The position numbers and the translations under genes were made by a program. A model generated the notes under the pieces. It saw nothing but the letters and a program-made list of their open reading frames with translations. It was not told where the DNA came from and made no database searches. Source: Promethearchaeota archaeon (GTDB lineage: Archaea > Asgardarchaeota > Lokiarchaeia > Sigyniarchaeales > SOKP01). From it: a stretch of DNA of 64,000 nt. The DNA lies in the NCBI GenBank assembly GCA_019058295.1, contig JAHPZI010000007.1, forward strand, positions 32,001-96,000, read 5' to 3'. Position 1 is the first letter of the stretch; each line of letters begins with the position of its first letter. This document shows positions 1-9,227 of the stretch, one piece after another.

Positions 1-820
1 TATAAGATTTTACTGGCTCTTCTTGATTCTCATAATACAAATGAAACTTACCTTTATGAATATTCATTTTAGTTACTTTAGCCAAATCTATACCATCCTT
101 CTCAAACATGGGGTATAAAGTTTCTGGACTAAATGAGTCCATACAGAACAAGCCTATTGTAATAACATTGCTTCTAAGGAACCATCTAAGCATACCTGCC
201 GGAGAATCCATCATTTTTTTAACAGCGTCGATATTACAAGGTGTCCCAACAAAAGCGATTGATCTATAATCAGCTCTAATTGCCTCCATTAATGAATCAA
301 CCGTTTGACTATGACAATAAATAGAACCAGAAGCTTTTATAACATCGTCTTTTGTTGTAATTATTTGTGCAACAGGGTGCCATGGATTAGCAGGATCTCG
401 CATAGTAACAATAGCAGCATCAATGAGATGTTCATCGAATAAATAACATAATAAAGAAGTTACTGTACCACCATCTTGCCCTCCGATTACTTCAGGAATA
501 TTTGTATTAGCTACATATCCTGTTTTAAATTCTCCCATAAGTTGAATAGGATCTGTAATTGTCCGAGGACATTGATTGTAGCAAATACCGCAACCCGTGC
601 ATTTACCTATGAGTTTCGGTTGCGAGACTACAGGATCCCATTCGAGTACTGGACACACAGCAGCACACGTTCCACATTCAGTACAAATCCCCGAACGGAC
701 AATTTCTTTCATAAGCATGCCGTATGAATCTTTTTTCCCTTCTAACTTCTTTTGAATAAAATCAAATGAATATTTATATTTCTCTTCAGCTTGTTCATCT
801 TTGGTCTCTTCTTGTGTCAT
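1..820 (-). CDS. Coenzyme F420 hydrogenase/dehydrogenase beta subunit (FrhB family) with N-terminal 2x[4Fe-4S]; 3' end runs off the window
   Basis: Manual translation from ATG 820: CTECGTCAAVCP, CTGCGICYNQCP, GQDGGTVT, VGTPC, IGLFCMDSF. AGGAG RBS upstream. Absent from the ORF track because it is truncated. Confidence 0.9.
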   Translation of the reverse strand, partial: MTQEETKDEQAEEKYKYSFDFIQKKLEGKKDSYGMLMKEIVRSGICTECGTCAAVCPVLEWDPVVSQPKLIGKCTGCGICYNQCPRTITDPIQLMGEFKTGYVANTNIPEVIGGQDGGTVTSLLCYLFDEHLIDAAIVTMRDPANPWHPVAQIITTKDDVIKASGSIYCHSQTVDSLMEAIRADYRSIAFVGTPCNIDAVKKMMDSPAGMLRWFLRSNVITIGLFCMDSFSPETLYPMFEKDGIDLAKVTKMNIHKGKFHLYYENQEEPVKSY

Positions 821-986
821 TTTAACTCCTTAGAAAACTATGATTGTTTTATTTTAATTAATTGTTTGTTGTTTAATTTAATTGACAAGGGAAAAAAAAG
901 ATTATTAAATTAATTAAAAAAAAAATTGACTATTCATATTACAATTTATAAGGAAAAAAATGGATAATAAGATTGAATCATAATAA

Positions 987-2039
987 TTAAATTGAAAAGA
1001 TTTGATTTAGTCTAAAACTTCCTACTACAGCAATCAATAGTCCAAATAAAATTGATATTAAAAATAGAGAAAACGCCCATGATGAGATCTTTCTATGATA
1101 AATTCTTCCTTTCTTTGTTTTACGATATTTTGGTAGCCCTAAAATTGAGCCAATAATCAATAGCACTATTGTTATTAATCCAATTATTCCATGTAAGGAG
1201 TAGAATAATGCTCCTCTTGATATAATTGTTGAAATACTCCAATATATAAAAGATATACAAGAAAAAATAACAAATAATATTGAGAATATTATATGAAATC
1301 GTATCGAGACGAATTGAGGTAATTCTTTAAATCTGTTTGGTTTTTGGGAAAATTTATATCCTGAAATGATTGATAATCCTCCAAAAATGAAAGCTATTGA
1401 AAATAAGTAAGCATGTATTATCCAATTGGAAAAATTAGTCCTCGATGCATTGTCACTCCATCCTCTTTTTTCCCAATACCCTAGATGATCATAATCTACA
1501 ACTTTTATTTTCACAATCCATTTAACCCACTTATAGCCATAATGATCGGGACATACTAATCTGACTGGAAATCCCTGTTCTTTTGGGAGGGTCTCTCGGT
1601 TCATTTTGAATGCTAATATTATATTCTCTTCGGACGCTTCTTCCATATTTAAAGAATCACTGTAATCATCTTCCGCATAAAAAACAATATCATATGCGTC
1701 ATCTCTAATACCTGCAATGCCTAATATATCTACTAATGGAATGCCTTCCCATTCTGCTGTTCCAGAAGGCCCATCTACACATTCCAAAGTAGCAGTAAGC
1801 TTAATAGATTCCAGACTAGTAAAATTATCATAATCAAATCTTATGGGGTTATCAACTTTGCCCTCGATTTCTAATGTCCAGTTTTCTTTTTTTATATCAG
1901 GAATTCCACCCTTCTGAAGTTCGAAAAATTGGTCATTAGGTGTAATTTGAGTTCTTGAAAATTGTATTAATCCTATAAAAAGAAGTGGTATTGAAAACAA
2001 TAGTAACATACTTAAAAAAAAAAGTATTGGACGTCTCAT
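987..2039 (-). CDS. Molybdopterin oxidoreductase (sulfite oxidase/MsrP-like) fused to a C-terminal 4-TM His-containing membrane domain
   Basis: TLECV, QGFPVRLVCPDHYGYKWVKW and GYWEKRGW motifs; N-terminal TM; C-terminal hydrophobic helices. Confidence 0.85.
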   Translation of the reverse strand: MRRPILFFLSMLLLFSIPLLFIGLIQFSRTQITPNDQFFELQKGGIPDIKKENWTLEIEGKVDNPIRFDYDNFTSLESIKLTATLECVDGPSGTAEWEGIPLVDILGIAGIRDDAYDIVFYAEDDYSDSLNMEEASEENIILAFKMNRETLPKEQGFPVRLVCPDHYGYKWVKWIVKIKVVDYDHLGYWEKRGWSDNASRTNFSNWIIHAYLFSIAFIFGGLSIISGYKFSQKPNRFKELPQFVSIRFHIIFSILFVIFSCISFIYWSISTIISRGALFYSLHGIIGLITIVLLIIGSILGLPKYRKTKKGRIYHRKISSWAFSLFLISILFGLLIAVVGSFRLNQIFSI

Positions 2040-2138
2040 AGAACGAAAATTATTACTTTGTTAAATTAACTTTCAAAAGTTTTAATTTAAATTTAAAATC
2101 AACTCTTATATTTAAAAAGTAAGTGAGTAATCAAAAGA

Positions 2139-3722
2139 TTACTTTTCATTTTCAAGATTTTTTTCAATTTTTTTAATAGCTTTAGAAGCAGATATTCTAA
2201 CAATTCTATGAAAATCATTCACTTGTTTTAATAATGCAGGTAATGCCATTTTACCACCAAATTCTTCTAATAGTTTAATTAAGCTTAATTTTACTTTGGC
2301 ATTCTCGTCTAAATTATATTTTAGATGATCTATTAATCGTTCTGTATGCATAACAAAAAATCTTTCAGATTTAGAGCTCTTACCTTCTATACTTAAATTC
2401 TTAAGATAAATGTTATAGGTAGCGTCAGCTGCGACTTTCTTAAGAAGCCAATAATTATTCTCATCCTCAATTAAAGATATAAGAGAATCAATAGCATCTA
2501 TATTGCCGATTTTTCCTAAAGCTATTGCTGCGTTTTTTCGCACATCCAAATTTCTTTTCTTTAACAACTCAATTAACGGCTCTAAAAATTTCTCATACCC
2601 AATTTCTCCAAATAAAAACGCGACGCTTTCTAATAATATATCATTTGTAGTTTTAAGAATTGAATATAAGTAGTCAAAAGAGGCATCCTTATTTTTTAAA
2701 TATATATTCTTAATAGCATCAAGTACAAACCATTTCATATCTAAATCGATGTATTCAAATCGGATGTCCTCAATATTTAAAATATTTAATAGTTCAGGGA
2801 CCACAGATACATCTCCAATTTCGCCTAAGGATTTAATAGACGCCTTACTAACCTCGTCATATAAGTTATCTAAATTTTCTAATAACGCATCTAAACCTTC
2901 TTTAACCTCTAATTTTCCTATTAATTTTATTGCGTTTGTCTTTATAATGAAATCCTCATGATGAATATATTCTATTAGCTCGCTATTTATCTCGCGACCT
3001 AGTGCCTCTAAAATTTTTAAAGCGCTATCTAAAAAGTCATCTTTTAAAACAGTAATTATTATTTTCAATAATATATTTTTATATTGGATTAAATGTGACA
3101 AAATTTCAGGATAATTTATTTTATAAAATTTTGCCTCACCAGAAAAAGCATTTACGGTTGATAGCTCATATCCAATCAATTTTATTATCTCAATCTTGTG
3201 TTTTTCTGAATAACTCTCTTCTTTCAACGATTTTAATAAGAATCTTATTAATTTTTTTGGTTTCAGCTTTATCAATTGATGTGTAACACATTCTTTAATT
3301 GGTTGATATTTGTTACCTAATTCTTTAATAAAAAGCGGAATCTCATGCTCAGAAAATCTTACATTTGCAATTGCTTTTAACGTAGATATTTTAACTTGAT
3401 TATCGGTTGATTCTTGCTCTAATATCCAATTCAAAGGTTTCAAGACCTTTTCAAGCCCTAAAAACGATAAAGAATTAGCAGCTTCACATTTTAAATCTAT
3501 ATTTTCGTCAGAAATTAATACATTTTCTAAAATTTCAAAACATTCGTTTTTTAATATGGTCGAATTATGACTAATTAATCCTAAATATTTAATCGCTCCT
3601 TTTCGCCGCCCCTCGTTTTTATCTTTTTCTATTATTTCAAATAACATATTAATTGAATTCTGCAATCCTAATTCTTCTCGTTTTTGAAATATATCACGGG
3701 GAAGCAATTTTGAGTTTAGCAT
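2139..3722 (-). CDS. HEAT/PBS-lyase repeat protein
   Basis: Repeated helical-hairpin motifs such as VRKNAAIALGKIG, ASIKSLGEIG and NAIKLIGKL. Confidence 0.85.
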   Translation of the reverse strand: MLNSKLLPRDIFQKREELGLQNSINMLFEIIEKDKNEGRRKGAIKYLGLISHNSTILKNECFEILENVLISDENIDLKCEAANSLSFLGLEKVLKPLNWILEQESTDNQVKISTLKAIANVRFSEHEIPLFIKELGNKYQPIKECVTHQLIKLKPKKLIRFLLKSLKEESYSEKHKIEIIKLIGYELSTVNAFSGEAKFYKINYPEILSHLIQYKNILLKIIITVLKDDFLDSALKILEALGREINSELIEYIHHEDFIIKTNAIKLIGKLEVKEGLDALLENLDNLYDEVSKASIKSLGEIGDVSVVPELLNILNIEDIRFEYIDLDMKWFVLDAIKNIYLKNKDASFDYLYSILKTTNDILLESVAFLFGEIGYEKFLEPLIELLKKRNLDVRKNAAIALGKIGNIDAIDSLISLIEDENNYWLLKKVAADATYNIYLKNLSIEGKSSKSERFFVMHTERLIDHLKYNLDENAKVKLSLIKLLEEFGGKMALPALLKQVNDFHRIVRISASKAIKKIEKNLENEK

Positions 3723-3798
3723 TATTTTAATTTACTTTTTTTTCATAAAAACAATTTCTTTAATTATTATCATATAAAATCATTTAATTTATAAAAAT

Positions 3799-3899
3799 TA
3801 TCGAAATAGATCATTACCAACAAAACTTTATCAACTTGGATCATAAAGCCTTTCAAAAATCAACGGATCAATGAGAAATGATCCTATCTGATCCTTTCT
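3799..3899. promoter_or_regulatory. Array of (T/G)ATC-N6-GATC sites, putative operator upstream of Sec-hdrA
   Basis: TATC-GAAATA-GATC 3799-3812, TATC-AACTTG-GATC 3829-3842, AGAAATGATC-CTATCT-GATCCTTTCT 3874-3899. Same motif recurs at 14174-14330. Confidence 0.5.
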
Positions 3900-4040
3900 T
3901 TCGAAAAATTGATTATATTGATAAATAGAAAGAAATAAAAATATTAATAACGAATAGTATTTAAAAAAGAAATATAATATTATGATAATTTAATAATCCA
4001 ACGATTTATCTAAAAATTAAGAGGTGGTGTAAAAAACAAA

Positions 4041-6020
4041 ATGAAAAAGGATCAAACTCAATGGAATGATACAAAGAATAACGAAGAATTAGATAAACTA
4101 AGAATAGGATATTATTGTTGCGAATGAGGAATAAATATAAGAGGAAAAATTGACTGCGATAAATTAGCGGAGTATATTAAAAACCTTGATGACGATATAA
4201 TAATATCTAAGAAGAATGCGTTTCTATGAACTGATGCAGCGCAAAATGAAATAATCGAAGATATTAACGAAAAGAACTTAAATCGTATCGTGGCTAGTTC
4301 TTGAACTCCAAGAACGCACGAGCCAATTTATCGCGATTCAATTTCAAAAACAGATTTAAATCCTTACTACTTTCAGATGGTAAATATTCGTGAACATTGC
4401 TCTTGGGTTACAGAAAAAAAAGAGGACGCATTTGAAAAGGCAAAAATTCTAGTAAAGAGTGGTATTGCAAGGGCAAAATGTTTAGAAGTAGTTCCGATCA
4501 GAACTGTACCCGTCGAAAAAGCAACTCTAATAGTAGGGGGTGGAATCGCGGGTATGAATGCTGCGCTCGATTTGGCTAATCAGGGAATTAAAGTTTATCT
4601 TGTTGAAAAAAAGACAACAATAGGTGGTCGCATGGCTCAGCTCGATAGAACATTCCCGACTGATGACTGTGCAATATGAATTTGCGGTCCAAAAATGTTA
4701 GAAGTTAATAGAAATCCTAATATAGAAATAATTAGTTATGCTGAAGTAAAAAAAGTTGAAGGTTATGTTGGGAATTATACTGTAACTGTCGAAAAGAAGC
4801 CTCGATATACAAATAATGATTGTAATGGATGCGGGGCTTGTTCTGAAGTATGTCCCATATACACGATAAATTATTTTGATGAAAATTTAAGCGCTCGAAA
4901 AGCGATTGATATATCATTTGGCCAAGCAGTTCCTTTTCTATATGATATTGATCGAACAGTATGCGTAGAATGCTTTTCTTGAGTGGATGCTTGTGAATTA
5001 GATGCGATTGTATTTAGTCAGGTACCAGAAGAAGTCACCTTTCAAGTCGGTACAATAATTATCGCAACAGGTTGGGATATTCACGAACCCTATGGTGAAT
5101 ACGGTTATGGTGAAATTGAAAATGTTATTACACAAGCACAGCTTGAACGCATGTTGGCTCCAAATGGACCACTTGAAGGGCATGTGCGTAGAATATCGGA
5201 TGACAAAAAACCCAAGGAAATTGTATTTATTCAGTGTGTTGGAAGTCGCGAAACTGATAGAACATATTGTAGTGGAGTTTGCTGCATGCTTGCACTTAAA
5301 AATGGTCGATTGCTTTTAGAAGAATTTCCTGATGCTAATATTACAATATGTTATATTGACATCAGAACAAACGAGAAGGGATTCGAGGAATATTATCAAC
5401 GAGCCAAAGATGCTGGAATGAAAATGATTCGAGGGAAAGTAGGGGAATTCTCAGAAGATCCCGAAACAAAAGATGTTAAAGTACGTGTATATTCCTCTCT
5501 AACTGATGAAATAATTAACATCGATGCAGATTTAGTTGTTCTATCAAGTGCAGCACTGCCTTCACGAGGTACTGAACAAATTGCTAAGGTTCTAAACTTA
5601 GATACGGATAGGAATGGATTTCTTACGGAATCTCATTTTGGTTTGATGCCGCAAGAAACGAAAACAAAGGGAATTTTTATCGCAGGATTCGCTCAGGGTC
5701 CCAAAGACATCGCATATTCCGTATCTCAAGCACGAGCAGCGGCGAGTAAAGTTGCTGAAATGACTTCTGCAGGAGAAATAGAACTTGAACTTATAATAGC
5801 TGAAGTAGATAAAGAATTATGCATTTCATGTAGAAGATGCGAAAAGGAATGTCCAAAATCAGCTATAAAAATTACCGACGCTGAAGGGGCTGTTGTAGAT
5901 GAGATAAATTGTGATGGGTGTGGAATATGTGCGACGTGCTGTCCTACACAAGCAATTGATATACGATATTATAGAGAGAAACAATTATATTCTGAAATTT
6001 CGGCTATTTTAGAATCTTAG
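4041..6020 (+). CDS. hdrA: Heterodisulfide reductase subunit A, selenoprotein with 5 in-frame UGA (Sec), 659 aa
   Basis: Single frame from ATG 4041 to TAG 6020 joining track ORFs 4377, 4695 and 4983. UGA at 4125, 4227, 4302, 4677 and 4980, each at a conserved HdrA Cys position. GGGIAG FAD motif, FIQCVGSR, ferredoxin motifs. Confidence 0.93.
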
Positions 6021-6042
6021 ATAACATGGAGGTCTAATAAAA

Positions 6043-6483
6043 GTGGAAAATAATTATTCAATTCTTATGTTTGCGTGTTTAAAATGAGGTTATGGTGCGG
6101 CAGATTTAGCAGGTGTTTCACGATTTAAATACAGTCCTACAGTTAAAATCATCAAATTAAGGTGTACAGGAAGAATTGATGTTAAACATCTCTTGTTTGC
6201 TATAAAATCTGGTGCGGATGGTGTGATGATTGTAGGCTGACGTCCTAATGAGTGCCAATTTAAAGATGGAAACTTTAAAGCCCAAACCCACGTTGATCTT
6301 GCAAATAGAATATTAGATCGTAGAGGTTTTGGGAACCAAAGAATAAATCAGTATTGGTTAAGCTCAGCTGAATCAGAGAAATTAGTAAAAAGTGTTGAAG
6401 ATACAATTGAAAAAATTCAAAGATTAGGGCCTAATCCTCTTAAATCTATCGCAAAAAAAGTCTTAACTACCCCAGCTGAATGA
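6043..6483 (+). CDS. mvhD: MvhD/VhuD hydrogenase iron-sulfur subunit, selenoprotein with 2 in-frame UGA (Sec); not in the ORF track
   Basis: GGAGGT RBS 6028-6033, GTG 6043. MENNYSILMFACLK-U-GYGAADLAGVSRFKY...RCTGRID...GADGVMIVG-U-RPNECQF...WLSSAE...LGPNPL. UGA at 6085 and 6238; ends at TGA 6481-6483 (or TAA 6490-6492 if read through). Confidence 0.92.
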
Positions 6484-6537
6484 ATCTTGTAAATAAATTC
6501 TAGTTACAAGCTAACAATCCTTGCAATGGATGGGGTA
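6468..6537 (+). other. Candidate eukaryote-like SECIS element overlapping the mvhD stop codon
   Basis: TACCCCA 6468-6474 pairs with TGGGGTA 6531-6537; ATGA 6480-6483; CTTGTAA 6486-6492 pairs with TTACAAG 6504-6510; apical AA 12 nt after ATGA. The 3' core reads UAAC instead of the usual NGAN. Confidence 0.55.
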
Positions 6538-6589
6538 TTAATGAATAAAATATATATTTTTAAAAATAGGATAAAAATATTGTAGGAAT

Positions 6590-8098
6590 ATGGTTCAAGT
6601 AATAAATAACAAGACTTTTAAGGGCATCTCTCCAAATAAATTAATGGAAGCTACATATAGAGCTGCTGAAAATTTTCAGGTAAGGGCTTTCTATGAAGCT
6701 AAGAATGAAATCTTGAAAGTAGGGAAGTACACAGAAGAAGAATTTTTTAAAATTTTAGATGCGATGATTGATGCTGAGACTGAGCGAAAATTAATATTAG
6801 AGAGATTAAAAAGTAAAGAACCACTGTTTTTGGAAGAGATTGTTAAGATTATCAAGGAATTTTCCCCTGATAATGTTATTCGAGATATAATATATCTTAA
6901 GGAACAAGGTTATATTGATGAAAAAATTGAAGTTAAAACTAAAAAGGTCATAAAAAAGATCAAAGGAGAAGAAAAGGAAGTAGAAGAAAAAGAATATTTT
7001 TATAGATATCAAGTAAAAGATCTTCCAGATGATTTTATTGAACATTATTTTGAACCTGTTTCAATTGTTTTTGAGGCTGAAGTATGTTGTCATTGTGGTT
7101 GGTGTTCATCTATATGCCCTGTGAACGCAATTACAGTCACAGCAGATATATTAGAAATTGATGATAATGCTTGTATGAAATGTGGATTATGCTATACTAT
7201 TTGTCCTCGTTCATTTTCAATCGATCAAGCATATAAAAGTATTAAAAATTTAGATAAATCCTTAAAGTGGTCAGATAAAATTGGGGCTTATTATAACACT
7301 TATTCTGGATCAACTACGAAAGATAAAATTAAAAAAGTCAGGCAAGATGGAGGTGTTGTAACAACTCTACTTGAATATTTATTGAAAAATAAATTGGTTG
7401 ATGCAATTGTTGCGGTTCAACATTCAGTGGATTTATGGAGACCTGAACCTGTGATTGTGGATAATATTAAAGATTTATATAAAACTGGAGGAACGAAATA
7501 TGCAAATTCGCCTTCATTAGAAATCATTGATAAAGCAAAACAATATAACCGTTTAGCAGTAGTGGGCGTTCCATGTATGATGAAAGCTATTGAAAAAGCA
7601 ACATTATTTCCCAGTGGTCTGCCATTTTTTAACAATATTAAATATAAAATAGGGCTCTTTTGTATGGAATCATTTTCATATGCAAAAATAATCAATTTAG
7701 TTAAAGATAAATTTGATAAAGAAATTAATGAGTTAACTAAAATGAATATTGATAAAGGGAAATTTATAATTAACTTAACTTCTGGTGAGGAAATGGCAGT
7801 TGATTTGAAAGAAGTTCAATCTTATGCTCGCCATACTTGTCATTTTTGCGAGGATTTAACATCTGATTATGCTGATATCTCAGTGGGTTCAATAGGATCA
7901 CAGGCTGGCTGGTCTTCAGTAATAACAAGATCAAAAGAAATTGATGAAATTTATAAAGGCGCTGTTAAAGATGGCCTTATTGAATCACAAAACTTAAAAG
8001 AGGTAAAACCAGGGCAATTTTTAGTTGAGCGAATTGCGGGAGTGAAAAGAACAAAGTGTAAAGATCCTTTTTTAGAATTGAAAAAAAAAAGCCAATAA
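6590..8098 (+). CDS. FrhB-family F420-binding subunit with N-terminal helical/winged-helix region and 2x[4Fe-4S]
   Basis: CCHCGWCSSICP, CMKCGLCYTICP, QDGGVVT, VGVPC, IGLFCMESF, CHFCEDLTSDYADISVG. Confidence 0.9.
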   Translation: MVQVINNKTFKGISPNKLMEATYRAAENFQVRAFYEAKNEILKVGKYTEEEFFKILDAMIDAETERKLILERLKSKEPLFLEEIVKIIKEFSPDNVIRDIIYLKEQGYIDEKIEVKTKKVIKKIKGEEKEVEEKEYFYRYQVKDLPDDFIEHYFEPVSIVFEAEVCCHCGWCSSICPVNAITVTADILEIDDNACMKCGLCYTICPRSFSIDQAYKSIKNLDKSLKWSDKIGAYYNTYSGSTTKDKIKKVRQDGGVVTTLLEYLLKNKLVDAIVAVQHSVDLWRPEPVIVDNIKDLYKTGGTKYANSPSLEIIDKAKQYNRLAVVGVPCMMKAIEKATLFPSGLPFFNNIKYKIGLFCMESFSYAKIINLVKDKFDKEINELTKMNIDKGKFIINLTSGEEMAVDLKEVQSYARHTCHFCEDLTSDYADISVGSIGSQAGWSSVITRSKEIDEIYKGAVKDGLIESQNLKEVKPGQFLVERIAGVKRTKCKDPFLELKKKSQ

Positions 8099-8113
8099 AA
8101 AATTGATAATTCA

Positions 8114-9223
8114 ATGCAAAAAACATTCAAGAATTTAATTGAAGAGGTTCATAATAAAGGCATTTGTCAAGAATGTGGTGGGTGTGTAAGTTTTTGTAGT
8201 TCTGCGGAATATGATGTAATAGGTCAAAAAGATCCATATAGTCCACCAGAATATATAAATGAAGATAGATGTCTCGAATGTGGGATATGTTATTATATAT
8301 GTCCACAAACGCATATATTAGATGATGAGCTTAATAAAACGTATAATTTCACAGATTTTTCATCAAAACCTATTGGTAATTATGCTGATATCTTTTCTTG
8401 CCAAGCCACAGATAAGGAATTTTTAGAAAATGGAACTGATGGAGGCGTTGTGAATTCAATAATTAATTTTTTAATGGAGAAAAAATTAATTGATGGTGCT
8501 GTGGTTTCTAGAACAGATGCTCCTTTTTCTAGAGAAGCTACATATGCTGATAGTAAATATGACCTGTTAAAGGCTTCAGGAGCAAAATTAGATATTTCAC
8601 CGCAATTAGATGAAATTCAAAAGTTTTGTACTTATACTCATTCAATCCCTAAATTAAATCATTATAAATTTAAAAAATTGGCAGTAGTGGGAACACCTTG
8701 TCAACTATACACAATTAGATGTATGCAAGATTTAGGAGTTACTCCTTCAGAAAATATTGAAATTTGCCTTGGTTTATTTTGTTATGAGAACTTTTTCTTT
8801 GAAAAATTTCAGATTCAAAAATTTGAGAAAGATTTTAATATAAAATTTTCAGATATAGTGAAAATTAATATTAAAGAAGATGTGATTTTTAAAATAAAAG
8901 ATGAAGGATCTGGAGAAAAAATTATTCATATCCCTTTTAACCATTTAAACGATTATATGCGTCCCGCTTGTAATGCTTGTAATGATTTTACAAATATTTA
9001 TGCTGATATTTCTTTTGGAGGCTTAAGTTCTAATGATAAATATACTACTGTTATACCCAGAACTGAAAAAGGAAAAGAAATTTTATCTAAAGTTATTAAT
9101 GCGGGAGTAATTAATTGTATGGAATTAGATTCGGAAAAAAAAAATAAGATGATTAATTTAATTACTCAATTTTCTAAATCAAAAATTAAACGTAAAGAAA
9201 ATTTTATGAAAAATTTAAAATAG
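8114..9223 (+). CDS. FrhB-family F420-binding subunit
   Basis: CQECGGCVSFC, CLECGICYYICP, TDGGVVN, VGTPC, LGLFCYENF, CNACNDF..YADISFG. Confidence 0.9.
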   Translation: MQKTFKNLIEEVHNKGICQECGGCVSFCSSAEYDVIGQKDPYSPPEYINEDRCLECGICYYICPQTHILDDELNKTYNFTDFSSKPIGNYADIFSCQATDKEFLENGTDGGVVNSIINFLMEKKLIDGAVVSRTDAPFSREATYADSKYDLLKASGAKLDISPQLDEIQKFCTYTHSIPKLNHYKFKKLAVVGTPCQLYTIRCMQDLGVTPSENIEICLGLFCYENFFFEKFQIQKFEKDFNIKFSDIVKINIKEDVIFKIKDEGSGEKIIHIPFNHLNDYMRPACNACNDFTNIYADISFGGLSSNDKYTTVIPRTEKGKEILSKVINAGVINCMELDSEKKNKMINLITQFSKSKIKRKENFMKNLK

Positions 9224-9227
9224 GGAT

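Noticed and set aside
476-727. This and other short ORFs overlapping long genes (e.g. 2749, 16523, 42231, 44794)
   Set aside because: Antisense or alternate-frame shadows of well-supported genes, with no motifs of their own.
4377-6020. Track ORFs 4377-4679, 4695-4982 and 4983-6020 as three separate genes
   Set aside because: Same frame, separated only by single UGA codons, and they split conserved motifs in the middle.
4041-6483. UGA reassigned genome-wide (code 4 or 25), or hdrA and mvhD as pseudogenes
   Set aside because: UGA is the normal stop of other intact genes (ending 25040, 25477, 31055) and Trp is TGG. All seven internal UGAs fall on conserved Cys positions with no frameshifts or other stops, which is not random decay.
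6541-6590. Second SECIS candidate (ATGA followed by an AT-rich stem with an AAAA loop)
   Set aside because: The stem is almost all A-U and starts about 6 nt away from AUGA, so the core geometry does not fit.
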